Assembly (NCBI GenBank): GCA_040753015.1
Contig: JBFMHM010000002.1
Location: forward strand, 102,111-166,110
Length of the DNA stretch: 64,000 bases
Origin: Candidatus Omnitrophota bacterium
GTDB lineage: Bacteria > Omnitrophota > Gorgyraeia > Gygaellales > JBFMHM01
Direction of reading: 5' to 3'
How positions within the stretch are numbered: the stretch's first letter is position 1; every line of letters starts with the position of its first letter. Below, piece by piece: positions 20,194 to 29,618 of the stretch. The translations under genes were made by a program, and so were the position numbers. Under the pieces are notes generated by a model, which saw only the letters and a list, made by a program, of their open reading frames with translations, made no database searches and was not told the origin of the DNA.

Positions 20194-21873
20194 TTAATAA
20201 AGTTTCTCTTCTATTATACGTTTGTTATTATCTCGTTTTTTATTCTTTTTTACTACTTTATTGCTGAGAAGTGGAACTTTTGGCGGAATCTGATGCTCCC
20301 GCTGTTTCTCTAATTGTTTAATATGTTCTATTCTAAAATCATCGTCTTCTAATACATGGGTTGTAATAAAAATTAACAGGTCGACTTTTTCGGTATCGCT
20401 TGTTGTACGCCTAAAAACATTACCTACTAAAGGTAAATCTTTCAATAAAGGCACGCCTATAACTTCTTCGGTCTTAACATCTTTAAGCAAGCCCCCCATT
20501 ACAACGGTTTGGCCGTTTTCAATGAGCACCTGAGTTTGTGCCTCTCTAACATTGATAATCGGATATGTGTCAGAGCTAGTTATTGCCGTTGCTCCGGTAC
20601 CAATAACTGAAGTTGCGGTTACATTTGCTGTAGATGATGTAACACTTGGATGAATAATTAAATTCACAGATTTTCCATCTTCTGAAACTTGAGGAACTAC
20701 ATTAAGCCTTATACCAATTTCTTGATAATAATCTAGGGTCTTACTAAGCATTGGCCCGGTAGTTGTTGAACCTGCGGTCATTTCACTTTTTATAATCGGC
20801 CTATGCAACCCTACTAAAATTCCTGCCTCCTGATTATCTAATGTTAAAATGCTCGGGCTTGATAAGGTATTTGTATCTGCGTCTTCTTCTAAAGCATGAA
20901 GTATAACCTCAAGTTGAGCCCCTGTAAGTTTCTTTAGTATAAACTGTAAACCAGCATTATATGGATATGTGCCAAGTAATCCCGTTGACAATGGATTAAA
21001 TGCAGAAGGCGTAATCTGAGAAATCAATGACCTTCCTGACCCTTGCATATCATCCCTAAAACCTGCCCCTTTATTTATAGGAGTGAATTCAGGAGTTGTA
21101 TAGCTCTGGGCACCGGTTGATCCTGTTGAAAAATCAACGCCGATATCTTTTAAGGTATCCCTGTTAACCTCCATTATCCTAGCTTGAATTAAAACTTGTT
21201 TTGGTTTTTTATCGATTTCTGGCAAAATAACATTCCTAATTTTATCCAAAACAATCGCAGTATCTGTTATAATTAAAGTCTTTGATTTTATATCGCCGCC
21301 TTCTTTGCCTCCCGGCCCCTCAACCCTCTCCGGGGCTTCGGTTGATCCTTCTTTGCCTATTTTAAAAGTCCCAAATTTCCATCCTTTTTGACCCCTTACA
21401 TCAAGAACTGTTACATTCCCACGCGCTGAAAGCTGCGGCCTTATTGCATTTGCTGCATCGTGAGCATCAAGATACCTAAGATCAAATACTTCTGTTCTTA
21501 GCGGCTCCGACTCTTGCATTTTTAAAACATCCTCTAGCTTCATTACCATAATTACATTTTCCTGCTCAACATAACCATAATTATAAGTCTTTAAAATAAT
21601 ATCTAAAGCATTTTTCCATGGAGTATCTTCAATGCTAACAGAAATTTGCCCCATCACATCAGGCTTTGGTACAATATTTACACCAGCTTTTTCTGAAATT
21701 ATCTTAAGAACACTTCTAATATCTGCGTCTTTAAAATTTAAAGAAACATTGCCTGCTTTAGAAATAACATGTTCAGAACTCAAATCTTGAACCGGCACTT
21801 CTACGTCTTGTGCATAAACAAGGCTATTTGAAAAGAAAAAATAAATACACAATAATAGTTTCAAACCTTTCAT
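20194..21873 (-). CDS. pilQ: type IV pilus secretin PilQ
   Basis: It has a signal peptide, N0/secretin_N domains and a C-terminal secretin domain. It follows pilMNOP. Confidence 0.85.
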   Translation of the reverse strand: MKGLKLLLCIYFFFSNSLVYAQDVEVPVQDLSSEHVISKAGNVSLNFKDADIRSVLKIISEKAGVNIVPKPDVMGQISVSIEDTPWKNALDIILKTYNYGYVEQENVIMVMKLEDVLKMQESEPLRTEVFDLRYLDAHDAANAIRPQLSARGNVTVLDVRGQKGWKFGTFKIGKEGSTEAPERVEGPGGKEGGDIKSKTLIITDTAIVLDKIRNVILPEIDKKPKQVLIQARIMEVNRDTLKDIGVDFSTGSTGAQSYTTPEFTPINKGAGFRDDMQGSGRSLISQITPSAFNPLSTGLLGTYPYNAGLQFILKKLTGAQLEVILHALEEDADTNTLSSPSILTLDNQEAGILVGLHRPIIKSEMTAGSTTTGPMLSKTLDYYQEIGIRLNVVPQVSEDGKSVNLIIHPSVTSSTANVTATSVIGTGATAITSSDTYPIINVREAQTQVLIENGQTVVMGGLLKDVKTEEVIGVPLLKDLPLVGNVFRRTTSDTEKVDLLIFITTHVLEDDDFRIEHIKQLEKQREHQIPPKVPLLSNKVVKKNKKRDNNKRIIEEKLY

Positions 21874-22220
21874 TTATTAAGCTCCTTTTCTAACTGTAGC
21901 GTAATCTTTTCACTGCCTCTTATTAGAATAACCTCATTTTTCTTTATGTCAAATACTAAATAATCGTTAAAGGCTTGTCCCTTCTTCAAAACAATACCGT
22001 TGATAACCGCTAACGACTCGCCGCTCTTATCAAATACAATCCCTTCTAAATTCAGCACACTTGTTTCTTTCGGTTCAAGATCTATTATTTGTCCGGTTTC
22101 GGTAACAAGCGGCAAAAAAGGGTCTCTTTTATTTTTTGATTCATAAACAAATTTATTTTGTTCAGCAAATAAATTTAAAAAAATAAAAACAAATAATAAA
22201 TTTAATAAAAATATTTTCAT
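21870..22220 (-). CDS. pilP: PilP-like pilus assembly protein
   Basis: It is a small protein with a signal peptide, an RDPF motif, and sits between pilO and pilQ. Confidence 0.6.
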   Translation of the reverse strand: MKIFLLNLLFVFIFLNLFAEQNKFVYESKNKRDPFLPLVTETGQIIDLEPKETSVLNLEGIVFDKSGESLAVINGIVLKKGQAFNDYLVFDIKKNEVILIRGSEKITLQLEKELNK

Positions 22221-22786
22221 TATTTTACTATAAAAGCCCCTAGTGTTAAATGCACAACTTGGGTAGTATAAAGCTGCTTATCAAATTTTATATCAATAAA
22301 TAAAACCTTTAAGAATTGATCTAGGTTTTCTAGTTTATTTATAAACCTGCCCAATTGATGATAACCGCTATGTATATATATATTTATCATCACTGGATAA
22401 ATATCTCCCTTTGAATAGCCGCTGATCTTTTTTGCCTTTGGATCTTCTATAGGAGATATCTGGATTATTTTAACATCCTCCTCTCTACCAATCTTAGAAA
22501 TTTTTTCTACAAGAGTAAGCAGCTCATCTTCTTGTATAATTCTTTTGTCTAGACCGATTGATTTTTTATTTAAAATCTCAAAGCTTGCTTTTAATTGGTT
22601 TAAATTCTTTTTATCTTCCTCGAAAGCTTTTAAATCAGCCGATAATTTATTAATTTCTGGTGAAATTTTTTTTATTGTTAAGATTTGCGGTTTAATAATA
22701 AATAATATATCTATTGCCAAAACAGTAATTATAATTAATAAATAAATTATGATTTTTTTTTGTTTTAAAAAATCAAGCTTCATCAT
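22220..22786 (-). CDS. pilO: PilO-like pilus assembly protein
   Basis: It is bitopic with a coiled-coil region, and sits between pilN and pilP. Confidence 0.65.
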   Translation of the reverse strand: MMKLDFLKQKKIIIYLLIIITVLAIDILFIIKPQILTIKKISPEINKLSADLKAFEEDKKNLNQLKASFEILNKKSIGLDKRIIQEDELLTLVEKISKIGREEDVKIIQISPIEDPKAKKISGYSKGDIYPVMINIYIHSGYHQLGRFINKLENLDQFLKVLFIDIKFDKQLYTTQVVHLTLGAFIVK

Positions 22787-23343
22787 TTTATTTTAACCCT
22801 TAATATAAAATCAATTATATCGATACCTTGAAAATTTCTTTTTTTTGCATCTGCCAGCTCAAGCTTATCAGATACCTTAATATTTTTTTCATTCTTTAGA
22901 CTGGTTAAAAATTTATTGAGAAGCGACATCTCATCTTCTTTTAAGGAAACAACGCTTCCTTCAAGCTCAAATTCTGTTTCGTCTAATTTTAAGTGCCTAA
23001 ACCATATCCCGTTGGATAAATCCATGCTTAATCTATTTAACGCAAATGCTACTTCCATTCTATCTTTAGTAATATCTAAAATTTTACTGGTATCTGCCTG
23101 CAAGAGCTTAACTCTATTCTTGAGATCGCTGATTTCTTTTAGATCTTGTTCTATCTTAGGAACTATGGATTTAAGATTCCTAAATTTAATTTTTTTAAAA
23201 ATAAAAGTGCTCCCTATTAAAAGATGAATAAAGGCCAAAATAATTACTAAAGCAATAATAACATTATAATAAAAATCTTTATTAAATTCTGCATTAATGT
23301 TTTTTTTCTTTAGCTTTTCTGGCAATAAATTAATATCGATCAT
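22783..23343 (-). CDS. pilN: PilN-like pilus assembly protein
   Basis: It starts MIDINLLP, is bitopic, and follows pilM. Confidence 0.7.
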   Translation of the reverse strand: MIDINLLPEKLKKKNINAEFNKDFYYNVIIALVIILAFIHLLIGSTFIFKKIKFRNLKSIVPKIEQDLKEISDLKNRVKLLQADTSKILDITKDRMEVAFALNRLSMDLSNGIWFRHLKLDETEFELEGSVVSLKEDEMSLLNKFLTSLKNEKNIKVSDKLELADAKKRNFQGIDIIDFILRVKIK

Positions 23344-24336
23344 CTATAAACCTCTTAAAGCAAGCCCAAGCGATATTAATAGAGAATTCTTATTGGAATT
23401 AAACTTTTCGCGATCAACGCCTTCTTTTAATTCTATATTATCTATATTTGGCCAAAATAATACCTGTATACCAAGATAATTCTGTAAAATACCTTCAATT
23501 CCCTTAAGATTCGCTCCTCCGCCTGAAATAAAAATCTTCTTTATCGAAAAGTGAGCCTGGCTTTCATAATAATCAAACGAAGCCCGTATCTCAGAACAAA
23601 AATTTTGCATAGTTTGTTCGATTGCCGGATTAACTTTTTCCATGCCCTCTTTAGTACTGCATTTTAATTCCTCTGCTTGCTCAATAGATAAATTTAATTT
23701 ATCAGAAATAGCCTGCGTAAAAATATTACCTCCGAATAACAAATCCCTAGTAAATTCCGGATTACCATTATCAATAATTACCAAGTTGCTAACCTGGGAG
23801 CCAATATTTAAAAGAGCGAATGGCTCTTTATTGATCTCTCTATTAAAAAAATTGAATGCGTTAATTAAACATACGGAATCCACATCAATAACCCCTAAGT
23901 TTAAACCAAGCTCCTGAATAAGCTTAATCTTTTCATCAATTAAAGCTTTTTTAGCAGCAACAACTAAAACGAGCATCTTCTTATCAGCAAGGTCTTTTAA
24001 AATAAAACTATCTAAATAAACTTCGCTAATAGGAAATGGAATATGTTTTTCTGCCTCGAAATAAAGTGAATTTTTAAGCTCGGTATTAGTTAACTTCGGA
24101 AAAGTCAGATAGCGGATTAAAACATTCGGCCCGCCAACAGAGAGATTCACTGATTCTTTAGTAATATTAAAATTTTTAATCTGCGCCTTCAATGATTCAA
24201 AATTATTTGACTTGTTCTTTTCAATTATAAAACTATTGAGCGATATATTGCCAGAAATTCTCTCTAATGAAGTTAGTTTTATTGTATGATTACCAATATC
24301 CAATCCAAAAGTCTTTTTTGTTTTTTTAAATAACAT
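23344..24336 (-). CDS. pilM: type IV pilus assembly ATPase-fold protein PilM
   Basis: It has an actin-like fold (FGLDIGNHTIKL) and heads the pilMNOPQ block. Confidence 0.85.
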   Translation of the reverse strand: MLFKKTKKTFGLDIGNHTIKLTSLERISGNISLNSFIIEKNKSNNFESLKAQIKNFNITKESVNLSVGGPNVLIRYLTFPKLTNTELKNSLYFEAEKHIPFPISEVYLDSFILKDLADKKMLVLVVAAKKALIDEKIKLIQELGLNLGVIDVDSVCLINAFNFFNREINKEPFALLNIGSQVSNLVIIDNGNPEFTRDLLFGGNIFTQAISDKLNLSIEQAEELKCSTKEGMEKVNPAIEQTMQNFCSEIRASFDYYESQAHFSIKKIFISGGGANLKGIEGILQNYLGIQVLFWPNIDNIELKEGVDREKFNSNKNSLLISLGLALRGL

Positions 24337-24341
24337 ATAAA

Positions 24342-24566
24342 TTAAATAATAAGTGGCTCTTCTTGTTGTTCATCTGTACCTTTATCTTCTTTTTCTATAT
24401 TCTCTATATTAAATATTGGCTGTGCTGGCTGTTCGTCAACCTTAATACTTTCTTGTATTTGCTCGGGAATTTTTTTAGCTTCATTATTAATGTGATTTAT
24501 CCAAAATATAAAAACTAAAATAATTATAAAAAAGATAATAAATATATATAATAATTTCGACTTCAT
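24342..24566 (-). CDS. small single-pass membrane protein (start likely the internal MKSKLLYIFIIFF...)
   Basis: The hydrophobic helix is followed by an acidic tail. If the internal Met is the start, the gene begins right after the stop of the upstream gene. Confidence 0.35.
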   Translation of the reverse strand: MKSKLLYIFIIFFIIILVFIFWINHINNEAKKIPEQIQESIKVDEQPAQPIFNIENIEKEDKGTDEQQEEPLII

Positions 24567-26251
24567 TCTAAAACTCCTTCCTTCCAGGTAAGCAAGGCAC
24601 TTGGCCAAGTAGGTGTTGAAATATAATTACTTAAAGTAGGAAAATATGGCGGCGCATAACCCTCGAGCATTCTTTGATCATATATGAATTTTCTTCCATA
24701 GCCTGAGCGCAGATCACTTCCGCTAAAAGTTCCAAAAGCGCCATAAAAATCTGTGATTGCTCCACCTAGCAATGTAACATTGCCTGACGGCGACCTTGAA
24801 TCATAATTATCAACTGTAAATACGCCATGAACTGACATTATAACAGCATGTATATCTAAATTACTCGGGGCATCTGCCCCAATTCTAACATCACCGCCCC
24901 ATGATAAAAGACCTAAAAGATTTTCGTAACCAGTTGCATTAACTGGCGGGCCTGCATTATATTGTTCATAGCGTATATGATTATTAATCACTATATCTCT
25001 CTCGCTAGAGATTGTAACTTGGGAACAATTCTGGACCATACCGCTCACACCTCTGATATTTCCTTTTCCGTAAATTATTACACCTGCATCACCTACGCCA
25101 TCAGGAATACCTTGATAAGTATTTGAGTTCTCTCCTTCTCTTACAGTTGTTTGGTTATTTGCATAATCAACAATTATCTCCTTTGTCGTTGAACCTTGAG
25201 TAATCGCATATCTTGCATTACCACCAACGACAGACATTATTAAACTATCTGCATCGCCTCTTATATAAACACCGCCTGTCACATTAGCGCCATCGTTAGG
25301 CACATAAATTCCATCTTGCCCCGGCTCATTCATATCGCCAAGAGCCTGTACTCTTAAATCATTAGAAGTTACCACTGATTCTAAATTTATCAACGGCACA
25401 TCTCTTAAAAAATTAACGCCTTGCCCAAATTGAGGCACATCACGAGGAGGATTACTGCTAGCATCTAAAAAAATAGATCTGCCATTATTATAATAACGAG
25501 TTGTTTTCATTTTTTGAGATACTTCTATACCAGTATCAGACAACTTATCAAACCGGCCGCTTGGATTACCTGCAAAACTAAAACGCTCATTTGTGTGAAC
25601 TGGGCCATAAAATTGAGTTTTATCTGTAAACCAAACAGTAGTTCCGTTCTCCATCATATGATGAAAAGTAAAAAGTGCATACCTTGCAAAATTTCCACGC
25701 TGCACCCTAACAGAAAATTCACCATTTAAAAAAGAAACCTGCCTCGTAATATTAGGAGTAACAGCATTAATTAAACCTGTGCCTGTAATTCTAAATTTAT
25801 AAGGGAAGTTGTATACTTCTCCCTGTTTTGTAGGGATGCCGTTTGGACTGATAAAAATTGTCCCTGAATAAGTACCCCTAACATCGCTCCCCAAGCCAAT
25901 CGCTGTTAAACTAACTTGAGCCTCATTATTAATAATACTAAATTGCGGCTGGCCATCTTCATAAGCATAATCTGCCAAAAATCCTAAAGAATTATTAAGA
26001 TATTCATCAAAAGCATTATTTCTTGAAACTTTATTAAGCTGAATATTTAAATCTGAATTAATCCTTTTTCGCAGCTCTGATAAACCATGGTTAATTCCTG
26101 CTTCGGCTAGGTAAAGAGATTGATTAGCATATTTTGATGTATCGCTTGCTCTTTTTTCTGAAACAGTACTTGAGAAAAAAACTGCCGTTAAAATTAATAA
26201 TACCGATAAAACAAGCGCTGTTGCAACAAGTATAATCCCGCGTTTTTGCAT
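24563..26251 (-). CDS. large PilX_N-domain pilus-associated protein (candidate tip/adhesin component)
   Basis: The N-terminus (MQKRGIILVATALVLSVLLILTAVFFSS) resembles the PilX N-terminal domain. The remaining ~500 aa are a Gly/Asn/Thr-rich, predicted beta-rich ectodomain. Confidence 0.55.
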   Translation of the reverse strand: MQKRGIILVATALVLSVLLILTAVFFSSTVSEKRASDTSKYANQSLYLAEAGINHGLSELRKRINSDLNIQLNKVSRNNAFDEYLNNSLGFLADYAYEDGQPQFSIINNEAQVSLTAIGLGSDVRGTYSGTIFISPNGIPTKQGEVYNFPYKFRITGTGLINAVTPNITRQVSFLNGEFSVRVQRGNFARYALFTFHHMMENGTTVWFTDKTQFYGPVHTNERFSFAGNPSGRFDKLSDTGIEVSQKMKTTRYYNNGRSIFLDASSNPPRDVPQFGQGVNFLRDVPLINLESVVTSNDLRVQALGDMNEPGQDGIYVPNDGANVTGGVYIRGDADSLIMSVVGGNARYAITQGSTTKEIIVDYANNQTTVREGENSNTYQGIPDGVGDAGVIIYGKGNIRGVSGMVQNCSQVTISSERDIVINNHIRYEQYNAGPPVNATGYENLLGLLSWGGDVRIGADAPSNLDIHAVIMSVHGVFTVDNYDSRSPSGNVTLLGGAITDFYGAFGTFSGSDLRSGYGRKFIYDQRMLEGYAPPYFPTLSNYISTPTWPSALLTWKEGVLE

Positions 26252-26841
26252 TAGAATTCCCCCTCTTCACCAGCAATCTCTTCTACTGGCACATCATTAA
26301 TAACTACTGAATTATTGCGTAAAGATATTTGTGAACTCAAAACAAAAGTATCCTGATTTATTATAACCGGTATTCTAACCAATATTTCTGAACGCGATCC
26401 ATTTAAAAATTGGAAAAATGGTTTTTCAGATGCAACATTATTTATCACAGCGTCAGTTAGCGGAATTTGGCCACCGGCGCCTGCAATTCTGAATAATTGT
26501 TTGCCATCCTGTCCTGCACAGTAAATTCTCTCTTCCTGAAGACCTATGATCTCACCAGAAATATCAAAAATAGGCACATAAAATCTTATTGCATCTCCTG
26601 CTGCATTAATTTCTATCTCGTAATTAACACCATCAACTTGCCACATTGGCGCTGATTCACGCAGCTGCAAAGCAATAAAATCCATTGCCTTTCTTGCCTC
26701 TTGCTGAGTCTCTAATTTAAGCCTACCAATCCGCCAAGATTGATTTGAATAATATATAATACTTAATGTTAAACCGAAAATAAAAGAAAAAACAGCAACT
26801 ACAACTAAAATTTCGACTAATGTATACGCCCTGTTTTTCAT
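26251..26841 (-). CDS. minor pilin/pseudopilin (PilW/GspJ-like, prepilin N-terminal domain)
   Basis: The prepilin-type N-terminal helix is AYTLVEILVVVAVFS. Confidence 0.6.
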   Translation of the reverse strand: MKNRAYTLVEILVVVAVFSFIFGLTLSIIYYSNQSWRIGRLKLETQQEARKAMDFIALQLRESAPMWQVDGVNYEIEINAAGDAIRFYVPIFDISGEIIGLQEERIYCAGQDGKQLFRIAGAGGQIPLTDAVINNVASEKPFFQFLNGSRSEILVRIPVIINQDTFVLSSQISLRNNSVVINDVPVEEIAGEEGEF

Positions 26842-27300
26842 TTATCTCGACACCAAAGAAACAACTTCTATGGGAGAATCAAGACGGTTATTTGCATTTA
26901 AATCTTCGCCTGCGTCAAATAACCCATTTAGATTAATATCTTCGCCAATAAGCCTGTTTTGAGACTGCCTAAAAGAAACTATTATTCTTATTTCACGAAG
27001 ATCTGTATAGCCAGCTATATCCGTAACTTCAACCCTCCCTTTTGCCCTGCCCAAGGTAAAACCCGTCACATCAAAAACTTCGCCATTATGATTTAATAAA
27101 TTATCAAATGTTTCCTGTTTTAATTCTTCCATTTTTGTCCTAGCGCCGCTTAAAGCAATTGTTGTGTTTCTAGATGTTTCATTTAATATAAAACAACCAA
27201 TATATGTAACAAGTAAACCACATAAACAAAAAACTAATATTCCTGCGGCTACTAAAACTTCAATTAAAGTAAAACCAGAATTAATTTTTTTAATTTTCAT
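26842..27300 (-). CDS. minor pilin (PilV-like, prepilin N-terminal methylation domain)
   Basis: The N-terminus is SGFTLIEVLVAAGIL. Confidence 0.65.
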   Translation of the reverse strand: MKIKKINSGFTLIEVLVAAGILVFCLCGLLVTYIGCFILNETSRNTTIALSGARTKMEELKQETFDNLLNHNGEVFDVTGFTLGRAKGRVEVTDIAGYTDLREIRIIVSFRQSQNRLIGEDINLNGLFDAGEDLNANNRLDSPIEVVSLVSR

Positions 27301-27302
27301 AA

Positions 27303-27737
27303 CTATGAAAATATTGGGTCTGCCGCACTTGCAGGCCCACCTTCTTTAAACCGGACAATACCGCTTTGATCCATAAAAAAATAACGCGGATTACCAACAT
27401 TATTAATAGGATTCGCATTAATTATAAAACCACTATCTGTTTGAGAATAAAAAAAATTATAATTTTGCCTTCTTCCGGAAGCTAATTCAGTATCAATATA
27501 AGGCGGGGTTGAATTAGGAGGAATTAAATCTGCTAGGCCGCCGGGATATGCTTGATTATTGTTTAAAAATAATTGGCAGGCATTGTTAATTGCGCGCAAT
27601 CCGCTAACAGCCATTCCTTCGCTAGCTGTTGTGCGAGAACGCAATAGATTCGGAATCCCTATAGAAAGAATGACAAGAAGTATAGCAACAACAACCATCA
27701 TTTCAACTAAAGTAAACCCGAATCTTTGTTTATTCAT
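27303..27737 (-). CDS. type IV pilin / GspG-like pseudopilin
   Basis: The N-terminus is QRFGFTLVEMMVVVAILLVILSIGIPNLLRSR. Confidence 0.7.
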   Translation of the reverse strand: MNKQRFGFTLVEMMVVVAILLVILSIGIPNLLRSRTTASEGMAVSGLRAINNACQLFLNNNQAYPGGLADLIPPNSTPPYIDTELASGRRQNYNFFYSQTDSGFIINANPINNVGNPRYFFMDQSGIVRFKEGGPASAADPIFS

Positions 27738-27781
27738 TTAAATTTTTTATAATTTATAATAACAAATTTAATCTTAAATTA

Positions 27782-27809
27782 ATTTTACTATTTAGGTTAT
27801 AAAAGTCAA
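27782..27809 (-). promoter_or_regulatory. candidate sigma70 promoter for the downstream pilin/minor-pilin genes (TTGACT, 16-nt spacer, TAAAAT)
   Basis: The minus strand reads cTTGACTtttataacctaaatagTAAAATt. It lies between the terminator hairpin and the ATG at 27737. Confidence 0.35.
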
Positions 27810-27820
27810 GTAAAAGATAC

Positions 27821-27857
27821 TAAAAAATACCCCGATACAAAAATTGTATCGGGGTAT
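27821..27857 (-). terminator. intrinsic terminator after the major pilin gene
   Basis: A perfect 12-bp stem (ataccccgatac / gtatcggggtat) with a 5-6-nt loop is followed on the minus strand by a T-run (TATTTTTTAG). Confidence 0.55.
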
Positions 27858-27879
27858 TTGTGTGTGCTAGAACTATAAA

Positions 27880-28287
27880 TTATGCGCAAGCTGCTGAGGT
27901 TAACACGCCGCCAGTAGTAATAGTATAAGTATTATTTCCTGTGGTACCGCAAGTTACCGGAGTTGCTGTCACTGTATAACCTGCTGCTGCTGTATTAACA
28001 GCAAAATTATAGCCTTGAAGGGCTATACCATTATAACCTCTGTTTAGATACGGAGGATTTGCACCAGTCAAAGCAGCCTCGTTTGCAGGATAGTTACCAT
28101 TATTTGCTGCTGCAAATGTCTCACATGCAGTTGAAATTGTACGCAAGGTTGCTTGTGCATTTGATTCATTAGCTGTTAATCTCGCACGAAGTAAGTTTGG
28201 AATTGCAATTGCTGCCAAAAGCGCAATAATAGCAACTACTATCATAATTTCGACGAGAGTGAAACCTTTTCTATTCTTTATAAACAT
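27880..28287 (-). CDS. pilA: major type IV pilin (PilA-like); real start is the internal MFIKNRKGFTLVEIM
   Basis: AGGAGG lies 9 nt upstream of the ATG at 28285-28287. The class III signal peptide is KGFTLVEIMIVVAIIALLAAIAIPNLLRAR, and the C-terminal Cys pair would form the disulfide loop. Confidence 0.75.
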   Translation of the reverse strand: MFIKNRKGFTLVEIMIVVAIIALLAAIAIPNLLRARLTANESNAQATLRTISTACETFAAANNGNYPANEAALTGANPPYLNRGYNGIALQGYNFAVNTAAAGYTVTATPVTCGTTGNNTYTITTGGVLTSAACA

Positions 28288-28382
28288 ATAGATAACGCCT
28301 CCTTTCTTAGGTATAATTAATCCCAAGCTTCTTTAAAAAATAAAATGAAACCAATAAAAAAGCCCTGATTACCTAATGTCTT

Positions 28383-28411
28383 AATTATATTTTAAATTAT
28401 TAAAAAAGTCA
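28383..28411 (-). promoter_or_regulatory. near-consensus sigma70 promoter for pilA (TTGACT, 17-nt spacer, TATAAT)
   Basis: The minus strand reads cattgacttttttaataatttaaaatataatta. Both hexamers match the consensus, with a 17-nt spacer. Confidence 0.55.
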
Positions 28412-28420
28412 ATGTTTTAT

Positions 28421-29617
28421 TTAAGCGCTTATTAAAGAAGTTATTTTAAAAATCGGTAAAAATAAAGCAACAACTATCCCTCCAATTACAGTTCCTAAAA
28501 AAACAATTACAAGCGGCTCAATCATATTTGATAGATTGGCCAACGTAATATCGACTTGTTCTTCGTAAAAATCTGCGATCTTGCCAAGCATTTTTTCGAG
28601 TTCGCCTGTCTGTTCTCCTACAGAGATCATCCTTGTAACCATCGGCGGAAAAATACGGCTTTCCATAAGAGGTTTTGCAATCGGTTCCCCCTCTTTAATA
28701 GATACCCTACTTTTTTCTATCGCCTCTTCAACAATTTTATTGCCTGAAGTTTTTGAAACTATTTCAAGGGCTGTTAAAATTGGAACGCCGCTTTTTACTA
28801 AAGTAGAAAATGTACGGCTGAATTTTGCAACAGCCATATTACGAAATAACGGACCAAAGATGGGAGCTTTTAAAATAATCTTATGAAAATTATATTTACC
28901 TTTTTCAGTATTAACATACTTTTTAAATAAAAAAGCGCTAATTATCAAAATGATCACTGTTAATAAAAAATTATACCTTAGTAAATCACTCGCGGCAATT
29001 AAAATTTTTGTTGGCATAGGCAATGTTCCTCCTAGCATCTCAAAAATCCCTTTAAATGTCGGAACAACCTTAATTAAAAGAAAAGAAGTAATACCAATAG
29101 CTATAATTATAACTAAAACTGGATAAACTAAGGCAGACTTCACTTTTCTGATGAATGAAGCGGTTTTTTCTAAATAAGTTGCGAGCCTTTCTAAAACAGC
29201 ATTCAGCATACCTGATGCCTCGCCCGCTTTTGCCATATTAACAAAAAGTTCGCTAAAGATTGCGGGATGTTTTTTTAATGCATCACAAAAATTTATTCCT
29301 TGTTCAATATCCTGTTTTATTTTTAAAATTATACTGGCAAGATATTTATTATCTGTTTGTTCGGATAGAATAAGAAGAGCCTGGACTAATGGTATTCCGC
29401 TATCGACTAAAGTTGCAAGCTGCCTTGCAAAACCAGCTAGCTGATCAAGTTTAATTGTTTTCTTTGCAACTAATTTAGATTTTTCTTCAATTAAAGAAAT
29501 TATCGTGAGGTCTTTTTTGTGAAGAATCGCTTGGGCTTCCTTTGTATCTAAAGCTTCTAATGCCCCCTTAAGAGTATCGCCATTAATATTTTTTACGGTG
29601 TATTTGAAATTCGCCAT
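28421..29617 (-). CDS. pilC: type IV pilus inner-membrane platform protein PilC (GspF family)
   Basis: The fold is a duplicated GspF/PilC domain with three TM helices. Confidence 0.9.
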   Translation of the reverse strand: MANFKYTVKNINGDTLKGALEALDTKEAQAILHKKDLTIISLIEEKSKLVAKKTIKLDQLAGFARQLATLVDSGIPLVQALLILSEQTDNKYLASIILKIKQDIEQGINFCDALKKHPAIFSELFVNMAKAGEASGMLNAVLERLATYLEKTASFIRKVKSALVYPVLVIIIAIGITSFLLIKVVPTFKGIFEMLGGTLPMPTKILIAASDLLRYNFLLTVIILIISAFLFKKYVNTEKGKYNFHKIILKAPIFGPLFRNMAVAKFSRTFSTLVKSGVPILTALEIVSKTSGNKIVEEAIEKSRVSIKEGEPIAKPLMESRIFPPMVTRMISVGEQTGELEKMLGKIADFYEEQVDITLANLSNMIEPLVIVFLGTVIGGIVVALFLPIFKITSLISA

Positions 29618-29618
29618 A

